From: a bacterium
GTDB taxonomy: Bacteria; Patescibacteriota; Minisyncoccia; UBA6257; GWB1-50-10
Reading direction: 5' to 3'
NCBI GenBank assembly: GCA_021811055.1
Contig: JAJZPU010000001.1
Coordinates: 1-50,233, forward strand
Length of the DNA: 50,233 bases
Shown: one piece after another, positions 34,381-43,006 of the stretch
Numbering within the stretch: position 1 is the first letter of the stretch
Layout of the letters: every line of letters begins with the position of its first letter
Translations under genes and position numbers: made by a program
Notes under the pieces: generated by a model
The model's input: the letters and a program-made list of their open reading frames with translations, nothing else
Told to the model about the DNA's origin: nothing
The model's database searches: none

Positions 34381-34671
34381 ATGACCATTATCAGTCCGGC
34401 AAAAAATCAAAATATATTTCGTTTTTTCGCAGTGTTGTTCGCAGTGCTTGTTATAGGCGGAGTCGTATATATCTACGAATACAACGAAGTAGCGAATGCG
34501 CGCTTTGAGGTTAAAACATTGAAACAGGAAATAGTGAAACTTGAAGGAGAGGGTGCTGAGTTAAAAAATGAACTATATCGGGCAACCGACCCCGAAAAAT
34601 TGCAGGAACTCACGCGGGATTTTGATCTTACCGTCCAACAGAAACCGCAGTATCTCACTCTCTCGCGATGA
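34381..34671 (+). CDS. ftsL: Cell-division protein FtsL-like (single TM plus coiled coil)
   Basis: 96 aa with TM FRFFAVLFAVLVIGGVVYIY followed by a heptad-like region. Its position between rsmH and ftsI is typical. Confidence 0.6.
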   Translation: MTIISPAKNQNIFRFFAVLFAVLVIGGVVYIYEYNEVANARFEVKTLKQEIVKLEGEGAELKNELYRATDPEKLQELTRDFDLTVQQKPQYLTLSR

Positions 34672-36281
34672 AAGTGCGATTTTACACGCTCGCATTATTT
34701 TTTATTACCCTCTATGTGATGTTGGGGGTGAATTTGTACGATCTTCAGATACAAAAAGGGGATTATTTTACCGAGAGAGTGAACGCGATGAAGGAACTGA
34801 ATGCGGCGCTTCAACTCCGCCGCGGACAGATATTCATTACCGATCGGACGGGAGAGGGGATTCCGCTCGCGATAAACAAAGATGAGCCGATTATTTTCAT
34901 TTCTCCGAAAGAAGTTACGGAAAGGGAAAAATTGCTTGAGATACTTCCCACCGGGATTGGCATCGATGCCGCTTTTTTGAAAAAAGCATTGGAGAACAAA
35001 GAAAGTTCTTTCAAACTCCTTGTGGAGAAAGCAACCGATGACGAAATAGCGTTCATAAAAAAAATCGTGAAAGAAGACGGCATAAAGGGAATATATACCG
35101 ATACAAAACAGTACCGATATTACGCATTCCAGTCCCTTGCCTCACAGCTCTCAGGATTCGTTGGTTTTACGGAGGATAACGATCAGCCGGTGGGATTGTA
35201 TGGAATCGAAAAAATGTATGACGACCGGCTTGCGGGGGGGGATTCGGTGTATCTTACGATCGACCGCACGATCCAGACGCACGTGGAACAGGTGCTTGAA
35301 GACCTTATGAAAAATTACGATGCGGTGGGAGGAACCGTCATCGTTGAAGAACCGAAAACGGGAAAAATAATCGCACTGGCGAGCAAACCCGATTTTGATC
35401 CGAATGAATACAAAAAATATCCCATTAAAAGTTTTTTGAATCCCGCGGTACAGTTGGTGTATGAACCGGGATCGGTGATGAAGCCGTTCACGATGGCTGC
35501 CGGTATCGAAACCGGAGTGATTACTCCCGATACGACGTTCGTCGACAAGGGGAGTGTCACGATGAATGGAAGAACGATACGGAATGCGAACGATAAGGTA
35601 TACGGGAAAATTACCATGACACAGGTCATTGAGAACTCGGTAAACACCGGGGCGATATTTGCCGAACAACAAGTCGGGCACAGTCGGTTTATTTCGTATC
35701 TGAAAAAATTCGGATTTGGAGAAAAGACAAATATCGATATTCCCGATGAGATCGGCGGCAGTCTCAAAAATCTCGAACGAAGCGCGGTGCGGGACATAGA
35801 TTTCGCGACAGCATCGTTCGGACAAGGAACATCGGTGACGCCGTTACAGCTCGCGAACGCGTTTTCCACGATTGCGAACGGAGGGTTGCTTATGAAGCCG
35901 TTCGTGAGCAAAGACGCGGAACCGTATGTGGTGAGAAGAGTGGTGAGTGAAGACACAACAAAAAAAATAACAGCAATGCTCGAATCGACGGTGGAAAAGG
36001 CAAAGATTGCCGCAATTCCGCAATATAGGGTTGCGGGAAAAACGGGAACTGCATACATTCCGGATTTTACGAAAGGAGGGTATACGGAAGAGATGATGCA
36101 TACGTTTGTCGGGTTCGCTCCCGCGAGCGATCCGCAGTTCGTTGTTCTTGTAAAACTTGAAAAACCCCAGGTGGGAGAACTTGCCGGAATGACGGTGGTT
36201 CCCGCGTTTCGCGATATTGCGCAATATATCATTAACTATTACCATATTCCTCCGGACAAGCTTTCCGTCACGGAACAATAA
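34668..36281 (+). CDS. ftsI: Penicillin-binding protein 2/3-type peptidoglycan D,D-transpeptidase
   Basis: 537 aa with an N-terminal TM, a PBP dimerisation domain, and the SxxK (SVMKPF), SxN (ENSVNTG) and KTG (GKTGTA) motifs. Confidence 0.9.
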   Translation: MKVRFYTLALFFITLYVMLGVNLYDLQIQKGDYFTERVNAMKELNAALQLRRGQIFITDRTGEGIPLAINKDEPIIFISPKEVTEREKLLEILPTGIGIDAAFLKKALENKESSFKLLVEKATDDEIAFIKKIVKEDGIKGIYTDTKQYRYYAFQSLASQLSGFVGFTEDNDQPVGLYGIEKMYDDRLAGGDSVYLTIDRTIQTHVEQVLEDLMKNYDAVGGTVIVEEPKTGKIIALASKPDFDPNEYKKYPIKSFLNPAVQLVYEPGSVMKPFTMAAGIETGVITPDTTFVDKGSVTMNGRTIRNANDKVYGKITMTQVIENSVNTGAIFAEQQVGHSRFISYLKKFGFGEKTNIDIPDEIGGSLKNLERSAVRDIDFATASFGQGTSVTPLQLANAFSTIANGGLLMKPFVSKDAEPYVVRRVVSEDTTKKITAMLESTVEKAKIAAIPQYRVAGKTGTAYIPDFTKGGYTEEMMHTFVGFAPASDPQFVVLVKLEKPQVGELAGMTVVPAFRDIAQYIINYYHIPPDKLSVTEQ

Positions 36282-36289
36282 TACTATTT

Positions 36290-37591
36290 ATGAAACAGAT
36301 ATTTTTATCATTGTTAAAAAAAATATTGAAAATACTCGCACACCTCACTTTGAAGCGATATAATCCGGGAATTGTGGGAATTACCGGAAACATCGGGAAG
36401 ACATCCGCAAAAGAAGCGATAGGAAAGGTGCTTGGTGTCGAACGGCGCGTGCGCGCTTCGTCTAAAAATTTCAACAACGAATTCGGACTGCCACTCTCCA
36501 TTCTCGGTGATTGGGAAAAAACCGAGGGAATCGTATTTTGGATGAGGGTGATCGCGGGATCCTTGTTCCGGCTCTGTGTACGCGATAAAAATTATCCGGA
36601 AATAGTTGTGCTTGAATATGGAGTGGATCGTGCGGGGGACATGCGTTATCTTCTCGATATTGCCCGTCCACAAATAGGGGTATTCACCGCGATGGGAGAA
36701 ACGCCGGTGCATATTGAATTTTTTACCGGCATTGAGGGGATCGTCCGCGAAAAGGCAAAACTTATCGGAAGCGTACCGACTACTGGGTTTGCGGTCTTGA
36801 ATGCGGACGATAAAAAAGTAATGGAAACAAAAGAAGTGGCGCGCGCAAATGTAGTCACGTTCGGATTTTCGGAACGTGCGGATCTGCGCATTACCAACTT
36901 TTCGAATAATATAAATGAACACGGAGGGGGAGTGTCGTTCAAACTTACTTATGGAGGAACGTATATTCCGATAAAAATCGACGGAGTACTCGGACGCGCT
37001 CCGGCGTACGCGGCAGCGGCAGCGGCACTTGTGGGGCTTGTGTTCGGGATGAATCTTGTGCACATTGCCGATGCGCTTGGAAAATTAAATCCTCCGAAAG
37101 GGAGACAGCGTATTATTCCGGGGGTAAGACATTCCGTTATTATCGACGACACATACAATGCGTCTCCCGCGGCAATGGAAGAAGCACTGCGGACCATGGG
37201 AAGCCTTAAGGCGAAACGAAGGATAGTGATTTTGGGAGATATGCTTGAGCTTGGAAAATACACACTTCAAGCGCATGAGGAAATAGGAAGAATGGTTCCT
37301 GAAAGTGCCGATATACTGTTTACCGTAGGTACCCGTGGGAAAATCATCGCGGAAGCGGCGGAACACGCGGGATTATCGAATAAGAAAATATTCTCGTTTC
37401 TCAATATTCATGAAGCGGCGATGCAGATCCAGCAAAAAGTTCAGCGCGACGATCTTATACTCGTAAAGGGGTCACAGGGAGTACGTATGGAACGCATTGT
37501 GAAGGAGATCATGGCGGAGCCGCTTCGTGCAAAGGAATTGCTTGTGCGTCAGGAGCGCACGTGGTTGCGAAAAACCGGTCTTTACGATTAA
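36290..37591 (+). CDS. murF: UDP-N-acetylmuramoyl-tripeptide--D-alanyl-D-alanine ligase
   Basis: 433 aa in the Mur ligase family, with GITGNIGKTSAKE and a MurF-like DDTYNASPAAMEEAL and GDMLELG. Confidence 0.8.
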   Translation: MKQIFLSLLKKILKILAHLTLKRYNPGIVGITGNIGKTSAKEAIGKVLGVERRVRASSKNFNNEFGLPLSILGDWEKTEGIVFWMRVIAGSLFRLCVRDKNYPEIVVLEYGVDRAGDMRYLLDIARPQIGVFTAMGETPVHIEFFTGIEGIVREKAKLIGSVPTTGFAVLNADDKKVMETKEVARANVVTFGFSERADLRITNFSNNINEHGGGVSFKLTYGGTYIPIKIDGVLGRAPAYAAAAAALVGLVFGMNLVHIADALGKLNPPKGRQRIIPGVRHSVIIDDTYNASPAAMEEALRTMGSLKAKRRIVILGDMLELGKYTLQAHEEIGRMVPESADILFTVGTRGKIIAEAAEHAGLSNKKIFSFLNIHEAAMQIQQKVQRDDLILVKGSQGVRMERIVKEIMAEPLRAKELLVRQERTWLRKTGLYD

Positions 37592-37609
37592 ATAAAGAGC
37601 GTCTATTGG

Positions 37610-37681
37610 GGTCCCATCGTCTAACGGTTAGGACACCGCCCTCTCACGGCGGTAATAGGAGTTCGATTCTCCTTGGGACTA
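37610..37681 (+). tRNA. tRNA-Glu (anticodon CTC), CCA not encoded
   Basis: Manual cloverleaf: acceptor GGTCCCA/TGGGACT, anticodon stem CCGCC/GGCGG with loop CTCTCAC, T-arm AGGAG-TTCGATT-CTCCT, discriminator A. It closely resembles canonical bacterial tRNA-Glu. Confidence 0.9.
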
Positions 37682-37682
37682 C

Positions 37683-37722
37683 GTATACAAAAAGAGATAT
37701 TTTAATATCTCTTTTTGTATAC
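37683..37722. terminator. Perfect 18-bp AT-rich hairpin directly after tRNA-Glu (terminator/processing hairpin)
   Basis: GTATACAAAAAGAGATAT (37683-37700) pairs with ATATCTCTTTTTGTATAC (37705-37722) around the loop TTTA. Confidence 0.6.
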
Positions 37723-37730
37723 ATGGTTTT

Positions 37731-37890
37731 GGAGAATCGAACGGGAAAGGGGTCGGGAAAACGGAAGTTTTCCCGTGTAGGAAAACAGTCCGCCGACTGG
37801 CGGACGTTAGAAACCGAGAGGTGTCTAAAGAGTCCCGAACGAAGTTGAGGGACGACGTGAGATTCTCCTTGGGACTGTGAAGTTGAGGGC
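37731..37890 (+). ncRNA. Comparatively GC-rich structured non-coding segment between tRNA-Glu and the Cys-rich paralog cluster (unknown RNA element)
   Basis: Hairpin CGGGAAAAC-GGAA-GTTTTCCCG (37754-37775) has a GNRA loop. A second hairpin is GTCCGCC-GACT-GGCGGAC (37788-37805). GGAGAATC (37731-37738) is complementary to GATTCTCC (37861-37868). AGTCCC (37831-37836) is complementary to GGGACT (37871-37876). The direct repeat GAAGTTGAGGG occurs at 37841 and 37879. Confidence 0.35.
37861..37876 (+). repeat. Exact 16-nt duplicate of the tRNA-Glu 3' end (GATTCTCCTTGGGACT; original at 37665-37680)
   Basis: Direct sequence identity over 16 nt with a 196-bp offset. This is an att-like arrangement, but no integrase is present. 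Confidence 0.9.
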
Positions 37891-37918
37891 GATTTTTATT
37901 TTGGGTATGATTAAAGCA

Positions 37919-39631
37919 ATGGATTTGGAAACAAAACTTTGTCAGAATTGTCGGAGAAATTTTACGATAGAAAGCGAGGATTTTAATTTCTACAAAAAAA
38001 TAGATGTACCGCCCCCGACATGGTGCCCCATGTGCCGGAGGGAACGGCTTTTGTCGTGGAGAAACGAGCGGACGCTTTATAAACGGAAATGTGCCGCAAC
38101 GGGAAAGGATATTGTTTCAATATTTTCTCCGGATGGTCCGATTAATGCCTATGAGCGGGATTATTGGTGGAGTGATGCGTGGGATGCCCGACAATTCGGT
38201 ATGGAATACGATTTTTCGATTCCATTTTTCACTCAATTCAGGAAACTTATGGAGCGTGTTCCGATGCCCTCGGTATTCAACAGTACTTGCGTGAACAGCA
38301 ATTATTGCAACCATGTCGCGAAGTCGAAAGATTGTTATTTCGTATTCGCGTCGTTTCAAAACGAGAACCTCGTGTATTCTTCTCAATGTGGTGACGTTCG
38401 TGATTCTTCCGATATTTTGACGGCAAACAGCTCCGAATTGTGTTATGAGGTGATAAAAGGCATGAAATTGTATCATGTGCTTTTTGCGGAGAATTCGGAA
38501 AACTGCAACGATTGCGCGTTCATCTACGACTGCAAGGGATGTCAGCAGTGCTTCGGATGTACGAATTTGCGGAATAAATCATATTATTTCTTCAATACTC
38601 CCTGCACGAAAGAGGAGTATCAGGAAAAGATAAAAGAATTCGATCTCGGAAAGAGAAGCGACATCAAGCGGGCATGGACGCTTTTTGAGGCGGAAAAATT
38701 AAAGGCAATCCGTCGCCCGGCATTTTTTGTGAATACGACCAATTCGACGGGAGATTATCTCGATCAGTGCGATTCGTGTAAATATTGTTTCGGTATCCGC
38801 ATGGGGGGACGAAACTGCAAATATTGCATGAATGGGGGATACACGTTGAACGATTCATACGACACATTCGGATGTGGCGATAATGGTGAATTGATATACG
38901 AATCGGTGGACGCGGGACTCAGTGGCTCACGATTTTTGTTCGATGTGGTGGCATATGGGGGGACAAATGTGGAATACAGTCTGAATTGTCACGGTTCGGA
39001 AAATCTCTTCGGCTGTATCGGTCTTCGGAATAAGCGGTACTGTATTTTGAATAAGGAATATACAAAAGAAGAATACGAAATACTGATACCGAAAATTAAG
39101 GCGCATATGAAAGAAATACCCTATATCGATACAAAGGGGCGGACCTATTCATATGGAGAATTCTTTCCTACGGAACTGTCGCTATTCGCATACAATGAGT
39201 CGCTTGCATATGAGCATTTTCCCTACACAAAAGAAGTTATCGAAAGACGGGGATATCCATGGAGAGATCTTCCGAAAAACGAATATGCGATTACCGTACA
39301 TACCGAAAATATTCCCGAAAGCATAGCCGATGTTTTCGAGGATATCACAAAAGAGGTCCTTGAGTGCGGACATAAGCGGACGTGTCTCGACAACTGTGTC
39401 GGCGCATTTCGTATTACGCCACAGGAATTTTCATTATATAAAAAAATAGGCGTCTCACTTCCGGAACTGTGTCCGAACTGCAGGCACATGGAACGGATAA
39501 AAAGAGCGAATCCGTTTTTCTTGTGGAAGAGAAATTGCGGAAAATGTGGAGTGTCAATGGAAACAACGTATGCTCCCGAAAGACCGGAAATTGTGTATTG
39601 CGAAGAGTGCTATCAGGGTGAGATCTATTAA
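37919..39631 (+). CDS. Cysteine-rich zinc-ribbon/Cys-repeat protein, paralog 2 of 4
   Basis: The start is chosen by alignment with the paralogs (MDLETKLCQNCRRNFTIESEDFNFYKKIDVPPPTWCPMCR) and TATGAT 37906-37911 lying 7 nt upstream. The track start GTG 37877 and ATG 37907 are alternatives. The C-terminus is ...CGKCGVSMETTYAPERPEIVYCEECYQGEIY. Confidence 0.85.
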   Translation: MDLETKLCQNCRRNFTIESEDFNFYKKIDVPPPTWCPMCRRERLLSWRNERTLYKRKCAATGKDIVSIFSPDGPINAYERDYWWSDAWDARQFGMEYDFSIPFFTQFRKLMERVPMPSVFNSTCVNSNYCNHVAKSKDCYFVFASFQNENLVYSSQCGDVRDSSDILTANSSELCYEVIKGMKLYHVLFAENSENCNDCAFIYDCKGCQQCFGCTNLRNKSYYFFNTPCTKEEYQEKIKEFDLGKRSDIKRAWTLFEAEKLKAIRRPAFFVNTTNSTGDYLDQCDSCKYCFGIRMGGRNCKYCMNGGYTLNDSYDTFGCGDNGELIYESVDAGLSGSRFLFDVVAYGGTNVEYSLNCHGSENLFGCIGLRNKRYCILNKEYTKEEYEILIPKIKAHMKEIPYIDTKGRTYSYGEFFPTELSLFAYNESLAYEHFPYTKEVIERRGYPWRDLPKNEYAITVHTENIPESIADVFEDITKEVLECGHKRTCLDNCVGAFRITPQEFSLYKKIGVSLPELCPNCRHMERIKRANPFFLWKRNCGKCGVSMETTYAPERPEIVYCEECYQGEIY

Positions 39632-39637
39632 TGTTCT

Positions 39638-41284
39638 ATGCAAAAGATTTGCGAACACTGTAAAAAAGAATTTTCGATAACGAATGAAGAGCTCGGAATG
39701 TACGAAAAACTCGGGTTGGAACTTCCCCGAATATGCTTTTTCTGCAGAGTAAGCCTTCATTTTTCGGTATGGCCGTTCGGAAAATTCAGAAAAACAAAAT
39801 CAGATCTTTCGGGAGAAAGTATGATCACGGTGCTTTCGGCGCAAAAGAGATACCCGATCTATACACTTCACGAGTGGCATAGTGACGCGTGGGATGGGAT
39901 TGATTATGGAAAGGAATATGATCCATCAAGACCGTTTTTCGATCAGATGAAGGAGCTGCAAGAAAAGGTGCCGCGTCCGCATCAGGGGGCGGGGAACAGC
40001 ACGAATTGTGACTGGTGCGATGATGTGTGGAATTCGAAGAATTGTTACCTTTCACGATCAATGGAGGAATGTGAAGACCTCTACTATGCATACCGCGTAT
40101 TTCGCGGGAAGAATTCAATCGACCTCGTATTTTGTTTTGATTCTAATAATTGCTATGACTGCACGTACTGTTTCAATTCTTACGACCTCTTCTATTCACA
40201 GAATTCCCGCGATTGCATGAATTCATATTTTCTCTTTGACTGCAGGAACTGTTCAAATTGTTTTATGTGTTGGAATTTACGCGGAAAATCATATTGTATC
40301 GAGAATATACAATATTCGAAGGAGGAATACCTTGAGAAAATCGGATCATTTCAACTTACGTCATTTAAGTCAATTCAGAATTTTCGAATCCAATTCGGTG
40401 AGATGGTAAAAAAGAATGTTGTGCATCGGGAAAATTTCAATATCAGGGCAAATAATTCCGAAGGGGAATTTCTTCTGGATATGAATAATGCCCACAATTG
40501 TTTCGGAATCCAGTTTTCCGAAGAGTGTTACAACTGCGTGCGTGGTTTGACCGACAAAACGAACATTGACGCGAACGGATGTTGGTACGCAGAATTTGTG
40601 GGAAATTCGAGCTCGTGCGTGAATGCGTATGCGATGAAATATTCCTCATGGTCATCGGGTCGTTTTTCCGAATATCTCGATCTTTGCAAGGAGTGCGAAT
40701 ATTGTTTCGGATGCGTGGGACTTAAAAATAAAAAATATTGTATTTTGAACACACAGTACACGAAGGAAGAATACGAAGCGCTTCGGGAAAAAGTTATTGG
40801 AGATATGAAAGCGAGGGGAGAGTACGGGTCGTTTTTCCCGTATGCAATGAGTACCGGTCCATACAATTTTTCGACAAGCTATAGCTATTTTCCCGAAAAA
40901 ACAAAAGAAGAAATTCTCGCGCTTGGAGGATATTGGGAAGATATCGATGAAACCCGTACGGAAGGCATGCCGACCGCGGAATTGCCGGACGATATTCGCG
41001 ACGTTCCCGATTCAATTATCGCACAGGCGCTCATTTGTCCCGTATCGGGCTGGCGTTTCAATATTGCGCAGAGAGAGCTGGAATTCTATAAACAGAAGGG
41101 TGTTCCTCTTCCGCGCGTGCATTTTGATGTGCGCATCAAAGAGCGCATGAAATATCTTACGGTATTGAAACCAACGGAGCGTGCGTGCGTGTTTTGTGGA
41201 AAGAATATGCGCGTCTATTATCCAAAAGAGTGGAAATATGAGAAAATTGCATGTACGGAGTGTTATCAAAAAGAAGTGGCGTAA
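39638..41284 (+). CDS. Cysteine-rich zinc-ribbon/Cys-repeat protein, paralog 3 of 4 (most diverged)
   Basis: Starts MQKICEHCKKEFSITNEELGMYEKLGLELPRICFFCR. The central motifs are CFMCWNLRGKSYCIENIQYSKEEY and CFGCVGLKNKKYCILNTQYTKEEY. The C-terminus is CVFCGK...CTECYQKEVA. It begins 7 nt after paralog 2. Confidence 0.85.
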   Translation: MQKICEHCKKEFSITNEELGMYEKLGLELPRICFFCRVSLHFSVWPFGKFRKTKSDLSGESMITVLSAQKRYPIYTLHEWHSDAWDGIDYGKEYDPSRPFFDQMKELQEKVPRPHQGAGNSTNCDWCDDVWNSKNCYLSRSMEECEDLYYAYRVFRGKNSIDLVFCFDSNNCYDCTYCFNSYDLFYSQNSRDCMNSYFLFDCRNCSNCFMCWNLRGKSYCIENIQYSKEEYLEKIGSFQLTSFKSIQNFRIQFGEMVKKNVVHRENFNIRANNSEGEFLLDMNNAHNCFGIQFSEECYNCVRGLTDKTNIDANGCWYAEFVGNSSSCVNAYAMKYSSWSSGRFSEYLDLCKECEYCFGCVGLKNKKYCILNTQYTKEEYEALREKVIGDMKARGEYGSFFPYAMSTGPYNFSTSYSYFPEKTKEEILALGGYWEDIDETRTEGMPTAELPDDIRDVPDSIIAQALICPVSGWRFNIAQRELEFYKQKGVPLPRVHFDVRIKERMKYLTVLKPTERACVFCGKNMRVYYPKEWKYEKIACTECYQKEVA

Positions 41285-41294
41285 GTCATATTAT

Positions 41295-42998
41295 ATGAAC
41301 AACGAACAAAGAACGTGCCAAAATTGCAAAAAAGATTTCACGATTGAAAGTGAAGACCTTGCGTTTTACGAAAAAATAAATGTACCGCCGCCGACCTGGT
41401 GCCCGAAATGCAGGCTTATCCGCAGGTTTTCTTTTATGAACTTGTGGAGTTTGTATAAACGAAAATGCTCGAAGTGTGGTAAATCAATGGTGAGTATACA
41501 TCCGGAAAATACAGAGTTCCCAGTGTATTGTCAGCCGTGTTGGTGGGCGGACGACTGGGATGGAACCGAATATGCGATTGAATATGATTCAAACCGCCCG
41601 TTTCTTCAGCAGGTACAGGAACTCGCGAAAAAAACACCATACATGGGTCTTGAGAGCGCATATCTTACCAATACAAATTGTGATTACACAAACGGGACGG
41701 CATATTCAAAAAATTGTTATATGACATTTTGGGCTGATTATTGTGAGAATGTCTATTATTCAATATTTCTCTTTAACCTCCGCGACTCACTTAATTGTTA
41801 CCGGATGAAGGACAGTGAGCTTTGTTATGAAGATGTTGGATGTTATAAGTGTTATGGTACGTATTATTCCGAAGAATGTGATTCGTGTACCGATATATGG
41901 TTTTCTCGTTCTTGTATTGGATGTTCACATTGTTTCGGATGTATTAATTTACGAAATAAAAGCTACTGTATCTTTAATGAGCAGTATTCAAAAGAGAAAT
42001 ATTTTGAAAAACTGAAGGAGTTTAATCTCTCTTCGTATTTCGCATTGGAAAATATAAAAAGAAAAGTTTATGAGTTATGGTTACAACATCCCCGTAGAGC
42101 ATATATAGGAAATAGCTTGAATGTAAATGTGACGGGTGACTATGTATATGAGTCCAAGAATTCACGTGATGCCTATATGGTAAGTGGCGTTGAAGATTCT
42201 CGATTTACTCAGTTTATTTCAGTGGCAAAGGCGCACGACTCTTATGACTATACCGGATGGGGGAATGGGGCAGAACGCATTTATGAATCATGCGTCGTTG
42301 GAGAGGGGGCGAATAATATAAAGTTTTCAAATGAATGCTGGCCCGACGTATTAAATGTTGAATATTCAATTTATGGAATTACATGCAAAAATATTATTGG
42401 ATGTGTGAATCTTAAGCGTAAGGAATATTGTATTTTGAACAAACAGTATACAAAAGAGGAATATGAAAAATTATCTGCGCATATCCGCAAAGATATGGAA
42501 CAGAATCCTTATAGCGATGTTGTGGGTCGTGTATGGAAATACGGTGAATTTTTACCATACGAACTCTCTCCCTTTTCTTACAATCAGACGATAGCGCTGG
42601 CATTTTTTCCAAAAGAAAAAGAAGAAGTCTTGGGAGAGGGAATAAAATGGCGCGAAACGGAGGAAAATGAATATCCAATCACGATGCGAGCTCAGGATAT
42701 TCCCGATTCGATTGAGAATACCGACGAATCTATTCTGAAGGAAGTTATCGCCTGTGAAAATTGTGGGAAGGCATATAAAATTCTTCAGGGAGAACTTGAT
42801 ATACTGAAGAGATTTTCCCTGCCCCTGTATCATCATTGTTCGATATGTCGAAGAAATATTTTATTTTCGAAGACAAATCTGCCGTATCTCTATGATAGGA
42901 GTTGTATGAAGTGCGGTAAGGCGATAAAAACTTCGTATGCTCCCGAAAGACCGGAAATAGTCTATTGCGAGGAATGCTATCAGGCGGAAATAGCGTAG
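41295..42998 (+). CDS. Cysteine-rich zinc-ribbon/Cys-repeat protein, paralog 4 of 4
   Basis: ATG 41295 gives MNNEQRTCQNCKKDFTIESEDLAFYEKINVPPPTWCPKCR..CSKCGK..CQPCW. The track start 41181 would overlap paralog 3. The C-terminus is CENCGK..CSICR..CMKCGKAIKTSYAPERPEIVYCEECYQAEIA. Confidence 0.85.
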   Translation: MNNEQRTCQNCKKDFTIESEDLAFYEKINVPPPTWCPKCRLIRRFSFMNLWSLYKRKCSKCGKSMVSIHPENTEFPVYCQPCWWADDWDGTEYAIEYDSNRPFLQQVQELAKKTPYMGLESAYLTNTNCDYTNGTAYSKNCYMTFWADYCENVYYSIFLFNLRDSLNCYRMKDSELCYEDVGCYKCYGTYYSEECDSCTDIWFSRSCIGCSHCFGCINLRNKSYCIFNEQYSKEKYFEKLKEFNLSSYFALENIKRKVYELWLQHPRRAYIGNSLNVNVTGDYVYESKNSRDAYMVSGVEDSRFTQFISVAKAHDSYDYTGWGNGAERIYESCVVGEGANNIKFSNECWPDVLNVEYSIYGITCKNIIGCVNLKRKEYCILNKQYTKEEYEKLSAHIRKDMEQNPYSDVVGRVWKYGEFLPYELSPFSYNQTIALAFFPKEKEEVLGEGIKWRETEENEYPITMRAQDIPDSIENTDESILKEVIACENCGKAYKILQGELDILKRFSLPLYHHCSICRRNILFSKTNLPYLYDRSCMKCGKAIKTSYAPERPEIVYCEECYQAEIA

Positions 42999-43006
42999 TT
43001 TTTTGA

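Noticed and set aside
35315-36232. 305-aa minus-strand ORF (and 35151-35825)
   Set aside because: It is antisense to the PBP transpeptidase gene, which carries the SxxK/SxN/KTG motifs, so it is a shadow frame.
37724-37806. Possible minus-strand tRNA or tRNA fragment, because GGAGAATCGAAC is the reverse complement of a T-loop/T-stem
   Set aside because: The reverse complement does not fold into a cloverleaf. The T-stem 5' half does not pair and there is no acceptor or anticodon arm. I kept it only as a complementarity to tRNA-Glu.
37754-37830. Resemblance to known riboswitch classes (GACUGGCG as in ZTP/pfl; CCGAGAG as in ykkC/guanidine-I)
   Set aside because: Only short fragments match. The remaining conserved cores and pseudoknot partners of those classes are not present as far as I can tell by eye. 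A cmsearch is needed before any class call.
37682-43006. Genomic island integrated at tRNA-Glu carrying the three paralogs
   Set aside because: The second att-like copy lies upstream of the paralogs, not beyond them. I saw no integrase, no further 16-mer copy and no compositional break, and the cluster runs seamlessly into tsaC-gpsA. I kept only the small-scar interpretation.
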